Virus record (IMG/VR): IMGVR_UViG_3300035208_002606
Source: a virus
Taxonomy: Duplodnaviria > Heunggongvirae > Uroviricota > Caudoviricetes
Strand: one strand, 5' to 3'
Length of the DNA stretch: 64,000 bases
Shown: piece by piece, positions 20,085-28,786 of the stretch
How the letters are laid out: each line of letters opens with the position of its first letter
Numbering within the stretch: position 1 is the first letter of the stretch
Notes under the pieces: model-generated
What the model saw: the letters and a program-made list of their open reading frames with translations, nothing else
What the model was told of the DNA's origin: nothing
The model's database searches: none
Made by a program: the position numbers and the translations under genes

Positions 20085-20520
20085 GGAAACCGCCCAACAC
20101 TTGAGAGAGTGGGTCAAGACTAATCATGCGACTTTTGCATGGCCTACCGATGCTTGCGGATACGAACAACATATTAAATTCGTAGAGCATCGAAACAAGA
20201 ATTGGAACGGTTCGAGCATAGAGGAATTCAATAAGTTTATTTTGGACTATGCGGATTCATTAGATGCATGTGATGAATTGGAAAAAATGATGCAGAAAAC
20301 TCGCAACGCTCAAATTCGACCCAAGAAAAGATGGTGGCACATCAGGAAAAAGGTTTATTGCACCGAATGTAAGTACGAACGCGGCATGCAGATGGAAATG
20401 TTCGGGGTTGTTACGGAGATACCTATATGTGGTAAAGCCGAAAAAGATGGTGGCTATAAAAACCGTTATCGTAAAAACAAAAGTAACAACTGCAAAGATT
20501 TTGAAGTAAAGGATAATTAA
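20065..20520 (+). CDS. Hypothetical protein
   Basis: Packed ORF with a C-terminal CxxC..C..C. Confidence 0.55.
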   Translation: MRNMTDKETAQHLREWVKTNHATFAWPTDACGYEQHIKFVEHRNKNWNGSSIEEFNKFILDYADSLDACDELEKMMQKTRNAQIRPKKRWWHIRKKVYCTECKYERGMQMEMFGVVTEIPICGKAEKDGGYKNRYRKNKSNNCKDFEVKDN

Positions 20521-20521
20521 A

Positions 20522-20740
20522 ATGACCAAACAAGAATTCCTTGATAAGATTGATGATGTTCGTGTAATGACAAACCATCTTTTTGTAACCGAAGATGATG
20601 GAGAGGAGTGGCAGGATGAAGCGGCCCAAGTAATCAAAACGCTAGGGGAACTTAGGAGTGATGCAGAACTCCTGCTTGAAGAAGAATACGATGCGGGTTA
20701 TGAATTGGGGCTGAACAGAAGCGAAAATCTAAAGGAGTAA
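20522..20740 (+). CDS. Hypothetical acidic protein
   Basis: Packed ORF with RBS. Confidence 0.55.
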   Translation: MTKQEFLDKIDDVRVMTNHLFVTEDDGEEWQDEAAQVIKTLGELRSDAELLLEEEYDAGYELGLNRSENLKE

Positions 20741-20742
20741 TA

Positions 20743-20973
20743 ATGCACCTGTTCACCCTTGCCGAGAAAATGAGGTTGTGGATGAAATTACATCCCGACA
20801 TGCAAAGTTCTTGCGAGTCATGTCCGATAAACAGAAGGGATGAGGGTTTTTCGGCAGATATCTGTAATGATTTGATAGCGATATTTCAAAAGAGATACAA
20901 CATGCCCACTACGACAAAAATTTATGATTTATGCCCCGTTCCATTTATGGAGAGAGAGGATTTTGGAGAATGA
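20743..20973 (+). CDS. Hypothetical protein
   Basis: AAGGAG RBS, CESCP. Confidence 0.55.
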   Translation: MHLFTLAEKMRLWMKLHPDMQSSCESCPINRRDEGFSADICNDLIAIFQKRYNMPTTTKIYDLCPVPFMEREDFGE

Positions 20974-21416
20974 ACAGAGAAGAGATATCTTCCCAACTTC
21001 GTCTGATTTACGCCAAGACGAAACGCCAAGTAAACTTAGGAGACAGCGAACTTATCTTGCACGACCTCTTCGGAATTGAAGATATTAAAATTTCAGTTGC
21101 CGAACATTTTGAAGATGCCTACAAGGATTATTTCGTTGTTCAAAAATTTGACGACTCCAAGAGAGAGTTATGGAGTTACGAAGACATTTATGATTTTCTC
21201 AACACCCTGCTCCATATCAACATGGATGACCTGATTATTTTTTTCACCCACGATGAAATATTGGAGTATACTATTTCTTTAATAAATGTTTTGAATCGTG
21301 CCTTCAATAATTGGGTTCAAAACAAGAGAAGCGGTTTCAGGAAGGGAACGAAAATTTATTTGGAGATGGACTCCGATGGAATTCATTTATATCTGAAGCC
21401 GGAGATAAAGACATAA
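20970..21416 (+). CDS. Hypothetical protein
   Basis: ATGA overlap with the previous gene. Confidence 0.55.
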   Translation: MNREEISSQLRLIYAKTKRQVNLGDSELILHDLFGIEDIKISVAEHFEDAYKDYFVVQKFDDSKRELWSYEDIYDFLNTLLHINMDDLIIFFTHDEILEYTISLINVLNRAFNNWVQNKRSGFRKGTKIYLEMDSDGIHLYLKPEIKT

Positions 21417-21650
21417 ATGAGAGAACAACTAGAATCCCTTATGATTAATTCCTTTATGTCGTACAAGCAATTGGAACGCATTTTAGAAGAGAGCGAAAAA
21501 ATCCCCGCTAGGGATATGCAGACTTTGAAAAATTTGCAACGAGAATTTTTTAAAATAATAAATAGTTTTGTTCGGGCAATTCCTGAGACCAAAAACGAAG
21601 ATAAAAAAGAAAATAAAAATAACGAAGATAAAAACGAATTAATTGTGTAA
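21417..21650 (+). CDS. Hypothetical protein
   Basis: Abuts the previous stop. Confidence 0.5.
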   Translation: MREQLESLMINSFMSYKQLERILEESEKIPARDMQTLKNLQREFFKIINSFVRAIPETKNEDKKENKNNEDKNELIV

Positions 21651-21655
21651 CACTT

Positions 21656-21666
21656 TGTGGTATAAT
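21656..21666 (+). promoter_or_regulatory. Extended -10 promoter probably driving the Y RNA array and Ro60
   Basis: TGTGGTATAAT; the same motif occurs at 13994, 33649, 44725 and 60624. Confidence 0.7.
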
Positions 21667-21706
21667 ATTCTTGTTGAAAGGATTTGAGAGTTATTTGACA
21701 TTTTTG

Positions 21707-21810
21707 TTGAACGTGGCGACAGGGAAGAGTTACTTCTATCGAAATGGGAATGCACCCAAATATGGGCGCTTGGGCTTCGGCCTTCTCTCTTTCCGCATGT
21801 TCCCGTTCAA
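21707..21810 (+). ncRNA. Y RNA-like unit 1
   Basis: Terminal stem ttgaacg/cgttcaa, TGGCGACAG motif, stem 2 ggaagag/ctctttcc, TTACTTC, 3' GCATGTTCC. Confidence 0.8.
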
Positions 21811-21819
21811 AGCAATATT

Positions 21820-22010
21820 AAAGATGTGGCGACAGAATGAGTTACTTCATTACAACTATTATTTCTTACCCACGGGTAAGAAGCGGCGGGTAAACCCGCT
21901 GAAAGCCGCAAGGCGAAATGCCGTGAAATTCGGTGAGAGTCATAGGAACTACGCTTATGACTCGCCCACAATAAAGTGGGCGAGAAACTCGTTCGCTCAT
22001 TCCCATCTTT
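21820..22010 (+). ncRNA. Y RNA-like unit 2 (large multi-hairpin cargo)
   Basis: aaagatg/catcttt, TGGCGACAG, gaatgagt/actcgttc; at least 5 internal hairpins. Confidence 0.8.
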
Positions 22011-22020
22011 TAGCATTATT

Positions 22021-22132
22021 CGGATGTGGCGACAGAATGAGTTACTTCGGTTAATAACTACACAGTAGTTTAGCGGGTTCAAACCCCGCAAAGGCCTTCG
22101 GGCTTTAAGACTTATTCGCTCATTCCCATCCG
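22021..22132 (+). ncRNA. Y RNA-like unit 3 (T-arm-like cargo)
   Basis: cggatg/catccg, gaatgagt/acttattc, gcgggTTCAAAccccgc, CUUCGG hairpin. Confidence 0.8.
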
Positions 22133-22142
22133 TAGCATTATT

Positions 22143-22203
22143 AAGGCGTGGTGTAGACAGAGATACTTCATTGGAAAAAGCCTCTGTCGATTGTTCCCGC
22201 TTT
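22143..22203 (+). ncRNA. Y RNA-like unit 4 (minimal, no cargo)
   Basis: aaggcg/cgcttt, gacagag/ctctgtc, ATACTTC, TTGTTCC. Confidence 0.75.
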
Positions 22204-22214
22204 TAGCATTATTA

Positions 22215-22299
22215 GAGTGTGGCGATAGATATGGGTTACTTCAAAACTAACCATCTTGGTTCTGCCGAAAGGCAATAGCCCTGTCGCATGTTCCCACTC
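22215..22299 (+). ncRNA. Y RNA-like unit 5
   Basis: gagtg/cactc, TGGCGATAG, TTACTTC, tgccGAAAggca hairpin. Confidence 0.8.
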
Positions 22300-22311
22300 G
22301 TAGCATTATTA

Positions 22312-22450
22312 GGAAGTGGTGTAGATATGAGATACTTCAATAAGATTAAACTGGCAGTTATGGGTTCGAATCCCATCCAACCTCACGAGGCCGGTAGTTC
22401 AATGGTAGAACGGCTAGTCCCCAAAAAGCCTCTATCGCTTGTTCCCTTCC
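22312..22450 (+). ncRNA. YrlA-like Y RNA unit 6 (circularly permuted tRNA mimic)
   Basis: ggaag/cttcc; T-arm atgggTTCGAATcccat, closed acceptor stem, D-arm TAgttcAATGGTAgaac, anticodon-stem pair ctggc/gctag. Confidence 0.85.
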
Positions 22451-22461
22451 GTAGCAATATT

Positions 22462-22607
22462 TACTTGCGTGGTGAAAGGTGAAAGTTACTTCAATGTAAT
22501 GAAACGATTTCAGGTTCGAGTCCTGACTTAGCCGCAAGGTTATGTAGCCTAATTGGTAAGGCGTTAGCCCGTAAGGGCAAGACTTTTGCCGCCTGTTCCC
22601 GCGAGTA
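22462..22607 (+). ncRNA. YrlA-like Y RNA unit 7 (circularly permuted tRNA mimic)
   Basis: tacttgcg/cgcgagta; T-arm tcaggTTCGAGTcctga, acceptor stem closed by GCAA, D-arm TAgcctAATTGGTAaggc. Confidence 0.85.
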
Positions 22608-22638
22608 CTGAACAAAAATTAAAAATAGGAGATAAACA

Positions 22639-23955
22639 ATGAAGACCAACAAGAAGACCGTGGCGCAAACGAAGACGACTCACGAAGGTGGTCGTGCTTC
22701 TCGTATTACCGCTCTTCAAGAACTAAAGAGGTCGGTAATGTCGTGTCTGCTTTTCGAAGACCAATTCTACGAGAACGGCGTGGATAACGCAACTCGTATC
22801 AAGAATTTGGTGGCGAAGGTAGACCCGCAGGATGCCGTTGCCGTGGCTATTTCAGCACGAAACGACATGCACCTTCGACATGCCCCGTTGTGGATTGCAC
22901 GATGGTTGGCAAAGAATCCCGAAGCAAAGGTAGGAGAACTCTTGCCGCAAATTATCCAACGAGCAGACGAACTCGCAGAGTTCGTTGCGATGTATTGGAA
23001 GGACAAGAAGCAACCGCTCTCCAAGCAAGTTAAGAAAGGTCTAGCCCAAGCATTTACGAAGTTCAACGAGTATGCTTTGGCGAAGCACAACAGGGAAGGC
23101 GCAGTCAAACTGCGAGATGTCTTGTTCCTTTCTCACGCCAAGCCGAAGGATAAGGAGCAGGCAGAACTGTGGAAGAAACTCATTGACGGAACTCTCGCAA
23201 CTCCCGACACTTGGGAAGTCGCCCTGTCAGCAGGGAAGGACAAGAAGGAAACCTTTGAGCGCATGTTGAAGGAGAACACTCTTGGGGACATGGCGTTCAT
23301 GCGTAACCTGAGGAACATGGCCCAAGCCAAGGTGGACGAAAAACTCATCAAGGAGTCCTTCAAGAAGAGGAATTTCAACAAGGTATTCCCCTACCGTTTC
23401 ATTGCGGCGGCTGAAAATGCGCCGTCCTTTGCGGCAGAGTTGGAGAAGAAAATGTTGGAGTCCCTGTCCGAGCATCCGAAGTTGGACGGCAAGACCGTTC
23501 TGCTCATCGATGTTTCGGGTTCGATGGACATGGAGATGTCGGGCAAGTCAGAGATGACGAGAATCCATGCGGCTTCGGCTATCGCAGTACTCGCAAGGGA
23601 AATCTGCGAGAATGTTCAAATCTTCACTTTCTCCGAAAGGGCAAAGGAAGTGCCGAATGTTCACGGGTTCGGACTCATCGACAAGATTTGGAATTCGCAA
23701 ATGCGCGGCGGCACGAATCTGTGGGGAAGCATTCGACAGATTGATGCCAAGGTGGACTACGACAGGATGATTGTCTTCACGGACGAACAGGCTCACGACA
23801 GCATGACGAGTAAGCCGAAAGGTCAACTCTATGTCGTGAATGTCGGAGCCTATCAGAACGGCGTGGCCTACAAGAACTCCGTGCATATTGACGGATTCTC
23901 CGAGAAGGTTATTGACTTCATCATGGAGTACGAAAAACAAAGTGTGGTAGAATAG
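22639..23955 (+). CDS. rsr: Ro60/TROVE domain RNA-binding protein with vWA domain
   Basis: THEGG..ELKRSVMSCLLFEDQFYE, RADELAE, KLRDVLFLSHAKP, TPDTWEVALS, MRNLRNM, vWA MIDAS DVSGSM, FTDEQ. Confidence 0.95.
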   Translation: MKTNKKTVAQTKTTHEGGRASRITALQELKRSVMSCLLFEDQFYENGVDNATRIKNLVAKVDPQDAVAVAISARNDMHLRHAPLWIARWLAKNPEAKVGELLPQIIQRADELAEFVAMYWKDKKQPLSKQVKKGLAQAFTKFNEYALAKHNREGAVKLRDVLFLSHAKPKDKEQAELWKKLIDGTLATPDTWEVALSAGKDKKETFERMLKENTLGDMAFMRNLRNMAQAKVDEKLIKESFKKRNFNKVFPYRFIAAAENAPSFAAELEKKMLESLSEHPKLDGKTVLLIDVSGSMDMEMSGKSEMTRIHAASAIAVLAREICENVQIFTFSERAKEVPNVHGFGLIDKIWNSQMRGGTNLWGSIRQIDAKVDYDRMIVFTDEQAHDSMTSKPKGQLYVVNVGAYQNGVAYKNSVHIDGFSEKVIDFIMEYEKQSVVE

Positions 23956-23956
23956 T

Positions 23957-23988
23957 AAAAGGGGTGGTGGAAACACCACCCCTTTTTT
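23957..23988 (+). terminator. Rho-independent terminator of the Y RNA/Ro60 unit
   Basis: aaaaggggtggtg-GAAA-caccacccc followed by T6. Confidence 0.9.
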
Positions 23989-23999
23989 AAAGGAGTAGA

Positions 24000-24305
24000 A
24001 TGAAAAGTGATTTTGTAGAAGGGCGGCAGTATATTGAATGTACTTGTGGAAGCACCGACCATTTGTTAGTATTTGAACTCGACCCTCATTTTTGCGAAAA
24101 GTGGGGAGAGGTTTCAGTTTCTTTCACAAGCGGATATCACGAAAGATTTTTTGCGAGGTTAAAGGCCGCTGTCAAATATCTGTTTAAAAAGGAAAAATAC
24201 TTACACATCAGCGACAGCATCATCATCAACGAGAAAAATTTAAAAGCACTAAAAACAGCAATTAAGGAAATAGAAAAATTAGCCAAAACAAAAAAATTAG
24301 TTTAA
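24000..24305 (+). CDS. Hypothetical protein
   Basis: AAGGAG RBS; CTCGSTDH. Confidence 0.6.
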   Translation: MKSDFVEGRQYIECTCGSTDHLLVFELDPHFCEKWGEVSVSFTSGYHERFFARLKAAVKYLFKKEKYLHISDSIIINEKNLKALKTAIKEIEKLAKTKKLV

Positions 24306-24348
24306 CAAAGCATAGGGAAAAATTTCAAATAAGGAGGAAAAATTAACT

Positions 24349-25209
24349 ATGGACATTAACAGTTTAATCAGCAGGGACGAGATTCAGAAGGACTTGGAGA
24401 AGAAGTCCGGCGGCGGGGAGATGAGCGACAGTCGTTTCGTTCGCATCCCCGATGGAAAGATGAAGGTGCGGCTCCTGCCACGCCTTGAATCGAAGGTTCC
24501 TTGGAAGACGGTATTCAGTCACCGTTACAACAAGAACGGCGAGAAATTATTCTCGACCTGTCGCAAGACTTTCGGAAAGACCGATTGCCCAATTTGCAAG
24601 AGGTCATGGGCGATGTGGAATTCAGAGAACAAGGAAACGAAGGACACGGGCTATACGGTTCGTGCAACCCCACGTTATATGTTCAACTGCTACATCGTAG
24701 ACAACCCGACTAGGCCCGAAGAGAACGGAAGTGTTAAGATTCTTTCCGTGGGTAAGAAACTCTTCGACCTCATCTCAGAGAGTTTCAATTCCGAGGACTT
24801 GGGTGCGGCTATCTTTGACGCAGTCAACGGGTTCGATTTCGAAATCAACCGCAAGAAGTCAGGAGATAATCCTGATTATCCCGACTACTCTTCATCCCGC
24901 TTTATCTTCAAGAAGAGCGGCATCGTGAAGAGTTGGAAGGAAATCGAGGACAAACTCATCAACATCAACGAACTCATCAAGGAAGAGTCTGTTGGCGAAC
25001 TGATGGAGGCCTTCAAGTTCTTGGGGTTTGACGATATTCCTGTAGAGGAAAAGTCAGCACCGAAGAAACAGGCTCCCGTAAAGAAAGAGGAGAAGAAAGA
25101 GGAAGAAGAGGTTGACCTTGATGACCTAGAGGGAGACAACGGCGAAGAGACGAACGGTTCCGACTCGCTTGACGATATCGACATCGAAGACGAGTTGGCA
25201 AACCTGTAG
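24349..25209 (+). CDS. Single-stranded DNA-binding protein, T4 gp32-like
   Basis: VRLLP, C..TFG..DCPIC Zn site, YIVDNP..PEENGSVKIL..GKK, GFDF, Y..SRF, acidic tail. Confidence 0.9.
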   Translation: MDINSLISRDEIQKDLEKKSGGGEMSDSRFVRIPDGKMKVRLLPRLESKVPWKTVFSHRYNKNGEKLFSTCRKTFGKTDCPICKRSWAMWNSENKETKDTGYTVRATPRYMFNCYIVDNPTRPEENGSVKILSVGKKLFDLISESFNSEDLGAAIFDAVNGFDFEINRKKSGDNPDYPDYSSSRFIFKKSGIVKSWKEIEDKLININELIKEESVGELMEAFKFLGFDDIPVEEKSAPKKQAPVKKEEKKEEEEVDLDDLEGDNGEETNGSDSLDDIDIEDELANL

Positions 25210-25233
25210 TAGTTTTTTACGCCAGGGCTTTCG

Positions 25234-25265
25234 GCCCGTTTCTCCCTTAGAAACGGGCATTTTTT
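25234..25265 (+). terminator. Rho-independent terminator after the ssb gene
   Basis: gcccgtttct/agaaacgggc stem followed by a T-run. Confidence 0.75.
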
Positions 25266-25279
25266 CATAAGGAGAAATA

Positions 25280-26308
25280 ATGCCAAGAACAGTAGATACT
25301 TCAAAAAAGAACGAAGAGAAACCAAACGGAAAAATCAAGGAAACAATAGCAGACCTTATCAAGATTCTTGACGCTGAACCCGCTGAAGAGGTACAAACAA
25401 AGGCGTGGATTAGTACAGGGGTCAGGTCGCTTAACTTTCTACTTTCAGGAGATACGGAGAAAGGAATTCCCGTGGGTAAGATGGTTGTAGTAGCAGGAGA
25501 ACAGCAGTCGGGTAAGTCGCTCTTAGGCGCACGGATTGCGGCTCACGCACAGAAGCAGGGATATGTCGTGGTGTGGCTTGATTCTGAACTTGCGGGAAGC
25601 AAGCAGTTTCTAGGCCGTCAGGGTTTGGATGTCAACCAAGTTGTCTACAGGAATGTGGACACGGTTGAGGATTTTCAGTTGCTCACCATCAAAGCCCTGA
25701 ACAGAGCCAAGGAAAAAGGACTTAAACTTTTTATTGTTCTCGACTCCTTGGGCGCACTTTCAGGGGCGAAGGAGATGGACGATGCCGATGCCGAGAAGAT
25801 GACGATGGATATGGGCCTGAGGGCAAAGAACATTCGCACCGCCTTCAAGCAAATCATTCACCGTCTTGGTGTTACGGACAGTTGCTTTTTCTGTATCAAC
25901 CATCAGTACATCTCCCCAGGATTTATTCCGAAGAAGGAGATGGGCGGCGGCATGGCGGCATGGTACTTGGGGCAAATCGTCCTGTTCCTTGCCAAGTTGA
26001 AGGGAGAGGACGGCGTGTTTTCAAGGGTTAAGATTGTATCAAAAAAGAACAGGGAATTTATCGAAGGGCGAATCACCGAGTTCGTTATCAATTTCCGAGA
26101 GGGTATCGACCCCAATGACGGCTTGATAGACTTGTTTGACGAGTTCAAGGTGATAAAAAAAAGCGGAGCGTGGTATAATGTCGAAGGAGATGAAAAATCT
26201 TACCGAGAACAGGATATCATGAAGAACGAAGAACTGCTTGCAAAAATCATTGCGCTGTTGAAGGAGAAAACGAAAGACTACGTCTACTCTAGTTTTAGTG
26301 CTACCTAA
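25280..26308 (+). CDS. uvsX: RecA-like recombinase UvsX
   Basis: ISTG..LNFLLSG, Walker A GEQQSGKS, IVLDSLGAL, INH, MGGG, KSGAWY. Confidence 0.92.
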   Translation: MPRTVDTSKKNEEKPNGKIKETIADLIKILDAEPAEEVQTKAWISTGVRSLNFLLSGDTEKGIPVGKMVVVAGEQQSGKSLLGARIAAHAQKQGYVVVWLDSELAGSKQFLGRQGLDVNQVVYRNVDTVEDFQLLTIKALNRAKEKGLKLFIVLDSLGALSGAKEMDDADAEKMTMDMGLRAKNIRTAFKQIIHRLGVTDSCFFCINHQYISPGFIPKKEMGGGMAAWYLGQIVLFLAKLKGEDGVFSRVKIVSKKNREFIEGRITEFVINFREGIDPNDGLIDLFDEFKVIKKSGAWYNVEGDEKSYREQDIMKNEELLAKIIALLKEKTKDYVYSSFSAT

Positions 26309-27693
26309 TGCCTAACACGATAGAAAATTATTCGGAAGTATTTCTGAAGACGGTGTTGGAGTTCACGGAATTCCGACATCTTTTCATTTCCAATTGGAAT
26401 CCCGAATATTTTGACACCACCGAAGAACGAATTTTTTACAAGGTCATCAGAACGGTTTGGATAAACGACCACAAGATTCTGACGAAGAAAGATTTAATCT
26501 TGGAGTTCACCACCAAGAGCAAGTACGAAAAGATAAGAATGAAACTCGTTGAAGTGGTCGAGAGGGTCTACTCTCTCGACCTTTCCGAGTATACTGAATC
26601 TTTCGTGCGAGACCAATTCCTAGATATTCTTCGCAAGAAGAAATTACAATCCGCAGTACAGAGGATTGTGGAGGAAGTCAGCAAGTCGGGAAAGGTGGAC
26701 GAGTCTGCCATCAAGGGAGACATCATCAAGTCGTTGGATATTGAAGACCACCTTCAGGACTTGGGAATCAATTATTACGAAGGCGACTTACTCAACCGAA
26801 TGAAGGTGTTGCAGGAGTTGCAAGTCGCCCACTTCAAGACGGGATTCAACGCCGACTTGGACGATGTCCTCAGGTTGAAACGAAAGACGGTAGTGGCGGT
26901 TTCGGCGCAGTTGGGCGTTGGCAAGAGTTTGTTCCTTAACAACCTAGCAATCAATATGTCCTTGGAAGGTCATAATATTCTGTACCTTTCGTTGGAAATG
27001 GATGCCTTTGATATTTCAAAAAGATTGGACAGGATAGCCTTGGGATTTCACGAGGACGAATATTTCAAGTCTAGCGACTTGGTCTTGGAGAAGATGGACG
27101 AGGTCATAAAGGAAAATCCCAAGCACGGAAAATTATTTATCCGCAGTTACTCACCCCGAAGTCTTTCCGCTTTTCAAATCCGAACCCTGTTGGAAACCTA
27201 CAGGATGAAGAATATCGGCATCGATGTCATTCTTGTGGACTACCTGACCCTGATGCGGCCTAACAATAATCGCAAAGATGATACTATGTACCAAAGAGGT
27301 AAAGATATAACAGAAGAGTTACAATCTGTTGCGAAAGATGAGCGTTGTCTGATTTTTACGGCCCTTCAGGTCAAGAATGAGGCGTACGGAAAGAAGAAGC
27401 AAGGTTCCGAACTAGTTGCAGAGTCTCTCGCAATTCCTCAAATTTTAGATAGCCTTATTAATATGAGGGAAATAATTATAGATGAAAGTGATAAGTTTTT
27501 TATTTTACATTTTGAAAAAGTTCGTGATTCAAAAAAAACAAATAAAATGATTTTTTTGAAATTGAAAGATAATTTGCGTATGGTTTCTGTAACAGAGGAG
27601 GAACGAAAGAATTTAGAAGAATTAACAAATAAAAGAAAAACCGTAGAAAGCAACAAAACCAATACCCAAACAGTTGATTTAGATGTATTATAA
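26308..27693 (+). CDS. DnaB-like replicative helicase (T4 gp41-like)
   Basis: AQLGVGKS, LYLSLEM, ILVDYLTLM, TALQ, AESLAIPQILD. Confidence 0.9.
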   Translation: MPNTIENYSEVFLKTVLEFTEFRHLFISNWNPEYFDTTEERIFYKVIRTVWINDHKILTKKDLILEFTTKSKYEKIRMKLVEVVERVYSLDLSEYTESFVRDQFLDILRKKKLQSAVQRIVEEVSKSGKVDESAIKGDIIKSLDIEDHLQDLGINYYEGDLLNRMKVLQELQVAHFKTGFNADLDDVLRLKRKTVVAVSAQLGVGKSLFLNNLAINMSLEGHNILYLSLEMDAFDISKRLDRIALGFHEDEYFKSSDLVLEKMDEVIKENPKHGKLFIRSYSPRSLSAFQIRTLLETYRMKNIGIDVILVDYLTLMRPNNNRKDDTMYQRGKDITEELQSVAKDERCLIFTALQVKNEAYGKKKQGSELVAESLAIPQILDSLINMREIIIDESDKFFILHFEKVRDSKKTNKMIFLKLKDNLRMVSVTEEERKNLEELTNKRKTVESNKTNTQTVDLDVL

Positions 27694-27721
27694 TAAATAT
27701 TATTAACAGAAGATTTTATTT

Positions 27722-28363
27722 ATGAAAAAAAAATATTTTACCGAAGAGGAAAAAAAAGAAGCAAGAAAAAAAGAAAGCGCAAGGTCTTATCAAAAAAACA
27801 AAGAGAAAATAAAAAACTATCAAAAAATATATCGAGAAAAAAATAAAAATATTTTAAAAATAAAAAATGAAGAATACCATGAACTGAATAAGGAAAAATT
27901 AAAAAAATATAGAAAAGTTTATAATCAAAATCATAAAATAGAAAGAAAAAAGTGGTGTAATGAAAATAAAGATAAAGTAAAATTATATAATAAAAAAACT
28001 TATTATAAAAACAAAGAAAAAAGAACAAAAAAAACAATAGAACGATTACACATAGACATTAATTTTAAAATATCTTTTTATTTAAGAAATCGATTACGAG
28101 AGGCCTTTAAACATAATTGGAAATCAGGTTCCGCAGTCAAAGACTTAGGTTGTTCTATCCCCGAACTCAAAACCCATTTAGAATCTAAATTTCAAGAGGG
28201 AATGTCTTGGGATAACTATGGATTTTATGGTTGGCACATCGACCATATTATTCCTTTGGCCTCTTTTGATTTGAGTAATAGAGAAGAATTCTTAAAGGCC
28301 TGTCATTATACAAATCTTCAGCCGATGTGGGCTAAAGAAAATTGGACAAAAGGAAAGAAATGA
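27722..28363 (+). CDS. HNH homing endonuclease
   Basis: GMSWDNYG..WHIDHIIP...CHYTNLQPMWAKEN; Lys-rich N-terminus. Confidence 0.85.
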   Translation: MKKKYFTEEEKKEARKKESARSYQKNKEKIKNYQKIYREKNKNILKIKNEEYHELNKEKLKKYRKVYNQNHKIERKKWCNENKDKVKLYNKKTYYKNKEKRTKKTIERLHIDINFKISFYLRNRLREAFKHNWKSGSAVKDLGCSIPELKTHLESKFQEGMSWDNYGFYGWHIDHIIPLASFDLSNREEFLKACHYTNLQPMWAKENWTKGKK

Positions 28364-28731
28364 AGAGACAGCCGTACGTAACGAACGCAGAAATATTAAA
28401 CGAGTATCAGAAGTATTGGAAGGACGGAACGATTTCCGAAACGATGACGAAACTCATCTACCTGATGGCTAGGAAAATCGCCAACGGCAGGAATTTTTAC
28501 GGCTATCCCTTCAAAGAGGATATGATTCAGGAAGGAGTTATTCACGCCTTGCAAAAAGGCTTGCCAGGATTTGACAGGACGAAGAAAAACCCGTTCTGTT
28601 ATTTATCCGTCATTATTCAGTTCAAATTCATCGAGTATATTAAAAAAGAGAAACGCAATATAACGATTAAGGAAGTGGTGACGGAAAAGTTAAAGGAAGA
28701 TATCCTGCACGATATCAATAAGAGGAAGTAA
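28360..28731 (+). CDS. Late-transcription sigma factor, T4 gp55-like
   Basis: YVTNAE, NFYGYPFKEDMIQEG, FD....NPFCYLS.II...F...IKKEK. Confidence 0.88.
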   Translation: MKRQPYVTNAEILNEYQKYWKDGTISETMTKLIYLMARKIANGRNFYGYPFKEDMIQEGVIHALQKGLPGFDRTKKNPFCYLSVIIQFKFIEYIKKEKRNITIKEVVTEKLKEDILHDINKRK

Positions 28732-28786
28732 AAATGTTTTATGATATGGACGAAGATTGGAAAGATAAAGAAATTAAACAATTAAA

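Noticed and set aside
22340-22570. Canonical tRNA genes
   Set aside because: The T-arm precedes the D-arm, the acceptor stem is closed by a loop, and there is no anticodon loop or CCA
21707-22607. CRISPR array
   Set aside because: The repeats are degenerate and covary as stems, the intervening parts vary from about 12 to 140 nt and are structured, there are no cas genes in the window, and adjacent Ro60 explains the array
21671-22615. ORFs 21671-22054, 21807-22091, 22288-22482 and 22358-22615
   Set aside because: They have no convincing RBS or protein features and are best explained as shadows of the structured RNA array
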